Below, one piece after another: positions 1 to 8,239 of a stretch of DNA of 64,000 nucleotides (position 1 is the first letter of the stretch; each line of letters starts with the position of its first letter). Below the pieces are notes generated by a model that had not been told where the DNA came from, did not search any database, and saw only the letters and a list, made by a program, of their open reading frames with translations. The position numbers were made by a program, and so were the translations under genes. Origin of the DNA: an uncultured delta proteobacterium. Its GTDB lineage: Bacteria > Desulfobacterota > Binatia > UBA9968. The DNA lies in assembly GCA_963771465.1 (NCBI GenBank), contig CAVYTU010000004.1:1-64000 (forward strand), read 5' to 3'.

Positions 1-228
1 TCGATGCCACAGCTTGGGAGGTTGTGACCGAGCTCCTTCAGTTGGGCCAGAGAGTGGCTGGAAGCGAGCGTGGCCTTCAGCGACATCTCGACAGCATGGT
101 GAGGCAGGTTCCCCAGAACCGGAATCAGCTGATCTAGTGCCGCCGCGCGACCGGCTACTTGTAGACCGAATGGCCAGCTGCGCGAAATGCAATCTGATGT
201 CGTCAGTGCTTGGAGTCGACCTACTCAT
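1..228 (-). pseudogene. HEPN-like domain protein, frameshifted, runs off the window edge
   Basis: Manual minus-strand translation from ATG 228 across two frame changes: MSRSTPSTDDIRLHFAQLAIR / VAGRAAALDQLIPVLGNLPHHAVEMSLKATLASSHSLAQLKELGHNL / PKLWHR. The AVExxLKA...GHNLxxL pattern resembles HEPN domains. Not in the ORF track. Confidence 0.45.
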
Positions 229-477
229 GGCGGCGCCCAACTATTAAGTGAGCGATTTAGACTGTGCCAGTATTGGCCGCCTATTCCAAATAATTCTGTT
301 GATGATAAACGACAACATTGCGAACTTATCGCTTACATCCTGCATGAAAGTCAAGATTTCTCATTCCGGCAATTGCCGCTAGGTTGGGCCGCCTATCCAG
401 GCTGAAAGTCGTCGTTTCAACTTTTCAAAAGTCGGTCTGCCGGGCTTTGAACGCCTCTGCCACCTCGATTCAAGACT

Positions 478-536
478 TGGACTGCGCCCCTCCGACTGGA
501 GAGTTTTCACCGAGATTTGAGGGGAGCGCGATCGGC
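478..536 (+). repeat. IS terminal inverted repeat (downstream of transposase)
   Basis: 43 of 59 positions match the reverse complement of 1732-1790 by manual count; the outer 13 bp are identical. Confidence 0.9.
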
Positions 537-1689
537 GGTTTTGGTTTGTTGAATCGTCATCTCGTATTCCTCCGGGGATAGATACCCCAGGGCCGAATGT
601 AATCGTTTCTTGTTGTACACCTCCTCGATGAAATGGGGAAGCCGTTGGGTGACATCATCGAAGGTCTCATAGTTCGACAGATGCACCTCCTCGTACTTCA
701 ACGTCTTGAAGAACGATTCCATGTGGGCGTTGTCGTAGGGATTGCCCGTGCGTCGACATGCTGATCTTCATGTTCGCCCCTTCGAGCATGGCCACGTACT
801 CATGACAAGCATACTGCACACCGCGATCGGAGTGATGAATACACCCGGCCGGCGGTTGCCGTGTGTCCAGGGCGCTTTTAAGAGCTGCCACACACAACTC
901 GGCATCAATGCGCTTGGAGATCGCCCAGCCGATCACCTTGCGCGAGTAACGATCCAGTAGCGCTGCCAGATAAACAAACCCCTTCAAGATTCGGATGTAG
1001 GTGATGTCGGCCACCCAGGCCTGGTTGGTGCCTGTCAGTGTCAGTCCCGCTAAAAGATTCGGATAAACCTTGTGCCCATGATTCGAATCGGTGGTGGCGA
1101 TCTTAAAACTCTGCCAGCGTATGGGAAATAGCTGGTATTGTCGCTGCACACGGCGAATCCGTTTGTCGTTGACACAGATCCCCTCACGGCGAAGCTGCTT
1201 GCCTAGGCGCCGATAACCGTAGCCCGAAAACTCTCCCTGTATCCGTTCGATATGATCCCGCAGCTCGGCGTCACTGCTGGCTTGTCCCTCAACGTCGGTC
1301 TTGGGCTTGTAGTAATAACTGCTCGATGCCAGGTTCATGATTTCGATCCCTTGGGCAATCGAGCCAAACTCTCCGCGGTGATCACGGAGGTACTGACGCT
1401 TTTGTGCCGGCGTAGCCAATCCCCGAGTTTTTTTAGGTGATCGTTCTCCAGATACAGCTCGGCCAACTTCTCCTTGAGCTCGCGGTTCTCCCGCTCCAAG
1501 CAATTTCTCTCGAACCGAGGGCGCGCTCTCGAGTCCTCCTTGCCGTGCTTGTCGTCGCCAGCGATCGATCACGCTGCCCGAGATCTGGTACTTGCGGCTG
1601 GCGGCGCTGACCGACAACAGACCCGATTCCACTTCCTGGACAATCTGCTGCTTGAACCCAGTTTCAAACTTCCGTCGTTGTTTTCCCAT
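507..1689 (-). pseudogene. IS3-family transposase OrfA/OrfB with two apparent 1-nt insertions
   Basis: DDE motifs WVADITY, HHSDRG and (other frame) [13 protein letters not shown]. The OrfA coiled coil LERENRELKEKLAELYLENDHLKK is out of frame after ~1498; second shift at ~753. A7 slippery run at 1428-1434. Confidence 0.88.
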
Positions 1690-1731
1690 CGATCGACTCC
1701 TTCTCGCGGGTCCATCCTACCCGCTGGTTGA

Positions 1732-1790
1732 GCCGATCGCACCCCCCTCAAATTCTCAGATTTTCTCTCCAGTCAATGGGGCGCAGTCCA
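1732..1790 (-). repeat. IS terminal inverted repeat (upstream of transposase)
   Basis: Reverse-complement match to 478-536. Confidence 0.9.
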
Positions 1791-1850
1791 GACATAGGTG
1801 CAATCATCCTGGATCTGACAATCTTGAGGCAACTCGCGTACGTGGACTTC

Positions 1851-1887
1851 GTTCCCTAACTTTCTAGTCGTTCAAGCCGTTCGGAGA
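1851..1887. repeat. Short 9-bp-period GTTC array downstream of the DUF5131 gene
   Basis: gttccctaac-tttctagtc-gttcaagcc-gttcggaga; its reverse complement contains GAACGGCT and GAACGACTA, both present at 3758-3784. Confidence 0.6.
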
Positions 1888-1894
1888 ATATACC

Positions 1895-2635
1895 TCAACC
1901 CAACACCCGTTTTGAAAGTTTGAAGGACGAATCCGGCATCTCGTCCCACGTTCTGCCGTCCAGTTCACGACCCGTTAGTTTTTTTCTCGTCCCGCCCCAC
2001 TGTTTGAAGAAAAACGGCACGCCTTGAGCAATGCATCGATCCCTGATTTTTCTCACCCATGATGGGTCCATATTGCGCGACCCGGGTCCCGACTCTCCGC
2101 CGACAATCACCCAATGAATTCCTTGAAGCGGCAATCGAGAAATCGGCCCTAACAACGGCTCGACAGATAGGAAGCGAACAGCTGCAGGCACTTTGCGCAG
2201 GTGCTCAACGCGATAAGTATAATCCGCATTCTCAACGCTCACGCCCATCCAAATATTGTCGTGCCAGGGCAGTTTACCCGCGACCTCGACAAGCCTCTCT
2301 GATCGCTTGGTTAAAATCTGGAACGTGTGCCAATCGGCTTTCCCCATAACGTCAAAAACACGACGTATGAATTCCAACGGAACATCAGGGTGAAAAAGAT
2401 CGCTCATCGAATTGACGAAGATCTTCCGCGGCTGATTCCACCGTAACGGCTGGCTAAGTACATCGGGTTGTAGAGTGACGGCGAAATTGTTCCTGTACCT
2501 CACCTGCCCCATCGCGTGTAGACGTCGCGCCATCCGATGCGCGTAACAGTTCTTACAGCCCGGACTAATCTTCGTACAGCCGGTTACTGGGTTCCAGGTT
2601 GCGTCAGTCCATTCAATCGCGGAGTCTTGAGCCAT
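1895..2635 (-). CDS. DUF5131 / phage Gp37-Gp68 family protein (Cx6Cx2C, radical-SAM-like)
   Basis: [58 protein letters not shown]. Start set at ATG 2635 after GAGG. Confidence 0.92.
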   Translation of the reverse strand: MAQDSAIEWTDATWNPVTGCTKISPGCKNCYAHRMARRLHAMGQVRYRNNFAVTLQPDVLSQPLRWNQPRKIFVNSMSDLFHPDVPLEFIRRVFDVMGKADWHTFQILTKRSERLVEVAGKLPWHDNIWMGVSVENADYTYRVEHLRKVPAAVRFLSVEPLLGPISRLPLQGIHWVIVGGESGPGSRNMDPSWVRKIRDRCIAQGVPFFFKQWGGTRKKLTGRELDGRTWDEMPDSSFKLSKRVLG

Positions 2636-2642
2636 ACTTACC

Positions 2643-3503
2643 TCACTTGAATTCGAAGCCTGCTTGCGGGTCTGAATATTTCTTTGTTTCTTTCCAAAAT
2701 TTGGAACCCAATTTATGTTTGCTGTATAGCGCAAGTCTATATAGCGGAAGGTTCTTATCATCCGATCGAATCATAATCGCTTCTTTTAGCCCAGGATCGA
2801 TGTAATCAAGTGTCTGCATCGAGCGGCCAAATTCTTCAACGACAAAGTGCTCAAATGATTTACCGGACGCCTTTTCCTTATTCCAATGAGTACGCCAATC
2901 CGGATTGCCCACGAAATTCTCCAGCGTCTTGTTCCGAGGCTGGATGTAATTCTGTTCGTTGCGATTAGCATCCATGCTAGAAGGAATAAGTACCAGAAAA
3001 TCCATAAATCGTTGCGACAAAGTTTTTATTGTTGAAAAGTGCAAGTTCTGCATATGAAATGGATCGAGAAAACAAAATCCTAGGACCTTCTGGTTCCATC
3101 CAGGGCGTGGCATCTCCGCAATAATTTTATTCACCGATGCGTTGGCATTCCTGATGACAATCTTCACGTTTCTGTTGGGAAAGTCTCGCCGGCACCTCGT
3201 TTCGAGTGCTTCAGCACAATTCTTATCTTGTTCACAGAAGATATATTTGTCGTATGCTTCGGGCATCCCAAGGATTAGAAGAGGTGACGCACTAACGATC
3301 CTTCTTGTTGCGCGAATTTGAGATCGTCCAGGACCAGCGAATAAGTCCAAGTAAACGAGAGCATCCCACTTGCTACGCATAGATTTTATGAAGAGCGAAG
3401 CATAGAGTTGGACGTGGCGGTATTTCTCTTCGCCCCAAGCTCCGATTTCTGGAGTTGGTAGACCATCATCTTTCAACATTTTTAACGGCTGCATATTCGC
3501 CAT
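2643..3503 (-). CDS. tcmP: Three-Cys-motif partner protein (TcmP, TIGR04474-like), methyltransferase fold
   Basis: [17 protein letters not shown] (SAM-binding motif I-like), FLDPF; sits directly upstream of DUF5131, the usual pairing. Start ATG 3503 after AAGGGAG. Confidence 0.85.
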   Translation of the reverse strand: MANMQPLKMLKDDGLPTPEIGAWGEEKYRHVQLYASLFIKSMRSKWDALVYLDLFAGPGRSQIRATRRIVSASPLLILGMPEAYDKYIFCEQDKNCAEALETRCRRDFPNRNVKIVIRNANASVNKIIAEMPRPGWNQKVLGFCFLDPFHMQNLHFSTIKTLSQRFMDFLVLIPSSMDANRNEQNYIQPRNKTLENFVGNPDWRTHWNKEKASGKSFEHFVVEEFGRSMQTLDYIDPGLKEAIMIRSDDKNLPLYRLALYSKHKLGSKFWKETKKYSDPQAGFEFK

Positions 3504-3698
3504 AAGGGCTCCCTTACTAACCCAACTATACATATGTTACTGCGTCGTTTGGGAGCAATAAATCAAGCACATACAACAATGTCGCTGGTTTGACGTTGGC
3601 GCTACAACAAGCCACTGTAAAACTTAGATGCCAAACATTGGATAGGCTTCCGCCTACATGGCATCGAATCGTTTCAAGAAAAACCTTCGAAGCTAACA

Positions 3699-3784
3699 GG
3701 TCCAATCGTTCCGGTAGTTCTACTGGTTCAAAACGTTCGATTCTTGCTTGACGATTGGAACGGCTGGAACCATTAGAACGACTA
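3699..3784. repeat. Inverted pair of 9-bp-period arrays abutting the lexA stop codon
   Basis: GTTC at 3708, 3717, 3726, 3735 (GGTC at 3699); GAAC at 3758, 3767, 3776 (TGAC at 3749). TCCAATCGT (3701-3709) is the exact complement of ACGATTGGA (3751-3759). Confidence 0.85.
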
Positions 3785-4378
3785 AAATTTTCTGAGCAGC
3801 CCGACGATCCGGCCGACAATGCGGAACTCCCCTTCCGAGACCGTGATCGGCGGATATTTTTCGTTCTCCGCCTTGAGCGTGACCACGCCACCTTTCTTGA
3901 AGAACCGTTTCAGGGTCGCTTCCCCCTCGATCAACGCGCAGACGATATCGCCGTTTTCGGCCGTGCCTTGTTGCTTGAGGATCACCCGGTCGCCGTCCAT
4001 GATCCCGGCGCCGATCATGCTGTCGCCTTTGACTTGCAGCGCAAATCGTTCTCCGCTGCCGATGTCATCGGGAATGGTGATGGTATCTTCGATGTTTTCT
4101 TCGCTGAGAAAAGGTTTGCCGGCCGGCACCTTCCCGAGCACCGGCACCTCACGCGTGGCGGTTAACACCGCTTTGCCCAAAGCATTGACGACTTCGAAGG
4201 CGCGTTTGCCGACCCGGCGAATGTAGCCTTTCTTTTCCAGAGCTTTCAGATGATCGGAGACGCCGTTGGTCGAAGCGATTTTGAATTGCTTGCCGATCTC
4301 GGGGATCGACGGCGCGAAGCCTTTCTCCCGAATCGTCTTGAGAAGAAAATCGTAGATCGCCTTTTGCCGGTCGGTCAA
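3782..4378 (-). CDS. lexA: SOS repressor LexA
   Basis: N-terminal wHTH (TDRQ...PSIPEIG...STNGVSDHLKALEKKGYI), Ala-Gly cleavage site VPAG, GDSM catalytic Ser, ATLKR catalytic Lys. Start uncertain (see findings). Confidence 0.97.
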   Translation of the reverse strand: MTDRQKAIYDFLLKTIREKGFAPSIPEIGKQFKIASTNGVSDHLKALEKKGYIRRVGKRAFEVVNALGKAVLTATREVPVLGKVPAGKPFLSEENIEDTITIPDDIGSGERFALQVKGDSMIGAGIMDGDRVILKQQGTAENGDIVCALIEGEATLKRFFKKGGVVTLKAENEKYPPITVSEGEFRIVGRIVGLLRKF

Positions 4379-4394
4379 GCGTAGGAAGCATGAA

Positions 4395-4425
4395 ATGGTA
4401 TACTGAAAATATTTTCAGTAGTCAA
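4395..4425 (-). promoter_or_regulatory. lexA sigma70-type promoter overlapped by a perfect 20-bp palindrome (putative SOS box, 4401-4420)
   Basis: TACTGAAAATATTTTCAGTA = CTG-N10-CAG; minus strand TTGACT-17 bp-TATACC (or TACCAT with 19 bp). Confidence 0.85.
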
Positions 4426-4437
4426 CGGCGCGGCCAG

Positions 4438-4548
4438 GAGCGGCCAACCGGAATTCGGAGTAGCTCGCCCAAAACACTCAAACGTACAATAAATGTACCC
4501 TTGCTCGTCGACCTTCGACGCGCCTTAGCTGAAACTTCTTGGCCGCTC
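4438..4548. repeat. ~110-bp palindromic REP/MITE-like element
   Basis: 10-bp perfect terminal inverted repeats GAGCGGCCAA / TTGGCCGCTC with a central GTACA-ataaa-TGTAC hairpin (4484-4498). Confidence 0.5.
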
Positions 4549-4611
4549 TGAGGCAAATCCGAATAGCTGAGAATCTTCGGTTTATTGAAAATTTGCGCGC
4601 GAGCGCGCGCG

Positions 4612-6204
4612 TTAAACTTTCTTCTTTTGATGCGAGAGATAGTCGACGAGCAGATACTCGCCGAGACGGTCGGGGCGGGTGTAGAAAGCGCGGCCTTTAT
4701 TGATGCGCGTGAGGTCGTCGACGAAGCCACGCAGCACCGGGCTGTCGTCGAGCATGAAAGTATTGATGGTGATGCCTTTGCGCGTGATCCGTTCCGCTTC
4801 TTTCAAAGTCTCTTCGGCGGCGCGCTGGCTGATGCCGCCAAAGCTGAGCGGCCATTCACAATAGAGCCGTCCTTGGCGGCAGTAGGCGGTCGGCTGGCCG
4901 TCAGTGATGACGATCATCTGCTGGTTGGCACTCGGTTTGCGCTCAAGCATGGTCGAAGCGAGGTGCAAGCCATCCTGCAAGTTGGTGAAGGGATCGCCCA
5001 TGTTCCAGGTCGCCTGCGGCAAGTCTTTGGCTTTGAGCTCGACGGCACGGGTGAAGAAACCGACGATGCCGAAGTAATCGCGCGGGTGCAGCGCGCGCAC
5101 TAAACTCTCCATCGCCAGGGCGACTTTTTTCGCCGCCGCGAAGCGTCCCTCCCAGCTCATCGACCAGCTCATGTCCAAGAGCAGCACGGTAGCGGCGCGG
5201 GTATTATGCTCGGTTTCGTAAACCGCAAAGTCTTTGGGACCGATCCGCACCGGCACGCCGCCGCCATGCAAGAGCGCGTTCTTGAGCGTCTGAATCATGT
5301 TGATATGGAGCGGCTCGCCCTGCACGTGGGGCCGGCTGGTTTCAAGAACCAGCTCCTGGCTGCCGTGCCGATTGGTCGTGTGGCGCCCCATGCCGTCGCG
5401 CCGAAGCTGGCGGTAAATATCGCGCAGCGCCAGCTGTCCGACCCGTCTGACGCCTTTGGGAGTGAGCTCGAAACGCTCGCCCTGCTCGACCACGTAGCCG
5501 CCCTCTTCGAGCAGCGACTGCATGCGCATGATCCCTTCGAAGTCTTGCTTGGGTTCGCCGCCGAGCAGTTTTTCCAACAGCTCTTTGTCGACGTCCTTCA
5601 ACTGCATGCTCGAAAGCTGGCTTTCCAGTTTGCGCAACTCCTCCATGCGCTCCATCAGCTCTTGCGATTGTTCGAAATCCACCGGCGTCTGGCCGCGGAA
5701 CAAACTGCCCTCGCGGCGCAGCCAATTTTCCAGCTTGCGGATTTGCTCGAGCTGCATCAGCAACTGTTGAAAATCTTTTTCCGCGTTGGCATTTTCAAAA
5801 CGGTAGGACGTGAGCTTCTCGATCGCTTCGCTGGTCTTGCCGGGCAGGTCGTTGAGAAACTGTTTTTTCTCCTGAGTGTCCTGGCCGGACTCGTCCATCT
5901 GTTGGAGCGTTTCTTGTTCCTGCTCGACCACCGAATCAAGATTCTCTTGCATCTCTTCCATGGCCGACTGCAAGCGATACTCGTCGTAGAGCTTGCGCAT
6001 TTCGCGCGCCACTTGCGCGAGCAAATCCTCGATGCCTTTGGTTTGCTTCTCGCCGTTCTTGATGCCCTTTTGCATCAGCCGGCGCATCGCCTGCTGCAAA
6101 TCGCCCGTGTCGTTCATGTTCTCATTTAATTGATCGAACACGGAGTTGGGGTCGAGGGAATTTCCGTTGCCGGCATTCCAGCGACTATAGCGAATATGCA
6201 ACAT
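4612..6204 (-). CDS. VWA domain protein, partner of adjacent AAA+ ATPase
   Basis: Helical N-terminal part; C-terminal MIDAS DMSWS, TNLQDGL, ITDGQPT. Confidence 0.9.
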   Translation of the reverse strand: MLHIRYSRWNAGNGNSLDPNSVFDQLNENMNDTGDLQQAMRRLMQKGIKNGEKQTKGIEDLLAQVAREMRKLYDEYRLQSAMEEMQENLDSVVEQEQETLQQMDESGQDTQEKKQFLNDLPGKTSEAIEKLTSYRFENANAEKDFQQLLMQLEQIRKLENWLRREGSLFRGQTPVDFEQSQELMERMEELRKLESQLSSMQLKDVDKELLEKLLGGEPKQDFEGIMRMQSLLEEGGYVVEQGERFELTPKGVRRVGQLALRDIYRQLRRDGMGRHTTNRHGSQELVLETSRPHVQGEPLHINMIQTLKNALLHGGGVPVRIGPKDFAVYETEHNTRAATVLLLDMSWSMSWEGRFAAAKKVALAMESLVRALHPRDYFGIVGFFTRAVELKAKDLPQATWNMGDPFTNLQDGLHLASTMLERKPSANQQMIVITDGQPTAYCRQGRLYCEWPLSFGGISQRAAEETLKEAERITRKGITINTFMLDDSPVLRGFVDDLTRINKGRAFYTRPDRLGEYLLVDYLSHQKKKV

Positions 6205-6242
6205 GAGGATTGTTTAGCGGGACGGCGGGAGTGTGGTTACAC

Positions 6243-7640
6243 TCATTTACCGTAAGTCGCCCGGCCGCCTTCGATTTCCTTGTTGAGCTTTTGGTGCAAG
6301 TGCAGTCCTTCGAGGACGAACTCGGTGGCGGACGCCATCATGGTGGGCGCTTCGGAGACGCCCAGCGACTTGATCGCTTCCTTGAGGCCGGGAATTTCCT
6401 TGATGCCTTCTAAATAATCTTGCGCCGGCATCTGGTCGGAGACTTCGACACCCCAGCCCGAATTGAAATACTCGATCACCTTTTGCAGCGAGTTGAGGCT
6501 GAAATACTGATCGAACACTTTGATGACCGAGCGGTTGATCAGCTTCTCGACCAAGTCGCCTTCTTTTTTGTCTTCGCCGACATATTCCATTTCGATCTTG
6601 CCGCTGGTCGAAGCCAACAGCGAATGCAGGTCGCTCACGCGCGGCACGATGCCTTTTTCCTTGCACCGCAGCGCGCGCTTCTCGGCGTTGCTGATAATGC
6701 TTTCGTAGTTGTTGATCGTCACGCGCACGCTGACGCCGGACGACTGGTTGATCTCGTTGGATTTGCGCGCTTCAAATGTAAGATGGCCGAGGATCTCCTT
6801 CATGAAGCGCGGCACTTCGACCGGGCTACTGCGGGTGTCGGTGGACGCGGCCTCTTGCTCCATGATGCTGATCTCGTCGTCGATATTTTTCGGATAGTGG
6901 GTGCGAATCTGCACGTCGAAACGGTCTTTGAGCGGCGTGATGATCCGTCCGCGGCTGGTATAATCTTCCGGGTTGGCGCTGGCGACGATGACGACATCGA
7001 GGGGCAGACGAATCTTATAGCCTTTGATCTGCACGTCTTTTTCTTCCATCAAATTGAACAGGCCGACTTGCACCTTTTCGGTTAAGTCGGGCAGCTCGTT
7101 AATGGCGAAGATGCCGCGGTTGGTGCGCGGCACCAGGCCGTAATGGATGGTTTCTTCATCGGCCAGGTAGCGCCCTTCGGCAACTTTGATCGGATCGATC
7201 TCGCCGACCAGGTCGGCGATGGAAACGTCCGGCGTTGCCAGTTTTTCGCCGTAGCGATGGTCGCGGCCGACCCATTGCAGTGGCAGCCGGTCGCCGAGCT
7301 CGGCGGCGCGCTTGCGGCAGGCGCGGCAGATCGGCGTATAGGGATTGTCGCTGATCTCGCAACCTTCGACGATCGGGATGCGCTCGTCGAGCAAGCTGGT
7401 GAGACCGCGAATGATGCGCGATTTGGCCTGGCCGCGTTCGCCAAGGAAGACCATATGGTGGCCGGAAAGTATCGCGTTCTCGATTTCCGGGATGACCGTG
7501 TCGTCGTAGCCCATAATTCCCGGCAAGATCCGTTCGCCGCTTTCCAGGTGACGGACGAGATTTTTGCGCATTTCGTCGCGCACGGTTAAGACTTCAACGC
7601 CGCTTTTTTTAAGTTCTCCTAGTGTTTTTGCCTCGATCAC
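6243..7640 (-). CDS. Mg-chelatase/MoxR-like AAA+ ATPase
   Basis: Walker A variant GERGQAKS, Walker B variant IFAINE, SANPEDY, PLKDRF. Confidence 0.88.
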   Translation of the reverse strand: MIEAKTLGELKKSGVEVLTVRDEMRKNLVRHLESGERILPGIMGYDDTVIPEIENAILSGHHMVFLGERGQAKSRIIRGLTSLLDERIPIVEGCEISDNPYTPICRACRKRAAELGDRLPLQWVGRDHRYGEKLATPDVSIADLVGEIDPIKVAEGRYLADEETIHYGLVPRTNRGIFAINELPDLTEKVQVGLFNLMEEKDVQIKGYKIRLPLDVVIVASANPEDYTSRGRIITPLKDRFDVQIRTHYPKNIDDEISIMEQEAASTDTRSSPVEVPRFMKEILGHLTFEARKSNEINQSSGVSVRVTINNYESIISNAEKRALRCKEKGIVPRVSDLHSLLASTSGKIEMEYVGEDKKEGDLVEKLINRSVIKVFDQYFSLNSLQKVIEYFNSGWGVEVSDQMPAQDYLEGIKEIPGLKEAIKSLGVSEAPTMMASATEFVLEGLHLHQKLNKEIEGGRATYGK

Positions 7641-7726
7641 TGGTCCTAGCCCCCTTTTAAGATGATATTAGCTGTCTTTGCCTTTGATTGAAACTTGCGA
7701 TGAATTTTCCATTGGGCCTTAGCCAA

Positions 7727-8239
7727 CTACGCGCTAGCCGTTGGTTGCGGCGCCGATAGTTTTTGAAAATGCGGCTGTAGTCGATCGAAGCTGTCGAGCA
7801 GATGCTGCGGCATCACCCGGATTTCGGCGATCACCGGCATGAAATTGGTATCGCCTTCCCAGCGCGGCACAATGTGCCAGTGCAGATGGGCTTCGATCCC
7901 GGCGCCGGCGCACTTGCCGAGGTTCATGCCGAGATTGATGCCGCCGGGCTGGAACACTGCGCGGACGATCTCCAGCGCGCGGCGTAGCGTCTCATTGAGG
8001 TCGATGAATTCGTCGGCGGGCAAGCGCGCCAAATTGTTCTCGTGGCGTTTGGGTGCGAGCAGGAGGTGGCCGTTGTTATAAGGATACTTGTTCATCATGA
8101 CCACGGTGTGCTCGGTTTGCGCCAATACCAACGCGGCTCTGAGATCACTTTGGCGCGGCAGCGTGCAAAAGATGCAGCCTGCGTCCTGGGGGCCGCCGTC
8201 GATATAGGCCATGCGCCAAGGCGCCCAGAGCTGCTTCAC
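7727..8239 (-). CDS. HIT family protein (Ap4A phosphorylase-like)
   Basis: LWAPWRM, CIFC, NKYPYNNGH, HLHWHIVPR. Confidence 0.93.
   Translation of the reverse strand: MKQLWAPWRMAYIDGGPQDAGCIFCTLPRQSDLRAALVLAQTEHTVVMMNKYPYNNGHLLLAPKRHENNLARLPADEFIDLNETLRRALEIVRAVFQPGGINLGMNLGKCAGAGIEAHLHWHIVPRWEGDTNFMPVIAEIRVMPQHLLDSFDRLQPHFQKLSAPQPTASA

Larger units (their letters stand above)
478..1790 (-). mobile_element. IS3-family insertion sequence, 1313 bp
   Basis: TG...CA ends with long imperfect terminal inverted repeats (TGGACTGCGCCCC... / ...GGGGCGCAGTCCA); encodes an HTH OrfA and an integrase-like DDE OrfB. Flanks are GACT and GACA, an imperfect target duplication. Confidence 0.93.

Noticed and set aside
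1895-2635. Prophage call based on the phage Gp37/Gp68 family name
   Set aside because: No integrase, structural or replication genes are nearby.
3699-3784. GTTC/GAAC arrays as LexA boxes, CRISPR or integron attC sites
   Set aside because: The period is 9 bp, not GTTC-N7-GTTC or GAAC-N4-GTTC; units are far too short for CRISPR and no cas or integrase gene is present; they lie at the 3' end of lexA.
3526-3891. 121-aa ORF overlapping the lexA 3' end, and the plus-strand ORF starting ERLEPLERL
   Set aside because: Low-complexity translations of the 9-bp repeats, with no protein motif.
1-4391. Several left-end indels lie near GCTTG, suggesting modification-induced base-call errors
   Set aside because: GCTTG occurs many times in intact genes in the window; there are too few cases and it cannot be tested without raw signal.
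5206-6129. Long plus-strand ORFs opposite real genes (also 9818-10750, 22496-23242, 43426-44163, 55974-56798)
   Set aside because: Antisense shadows of well-conserved genes, expected from codon bias; no recognisable motifs.
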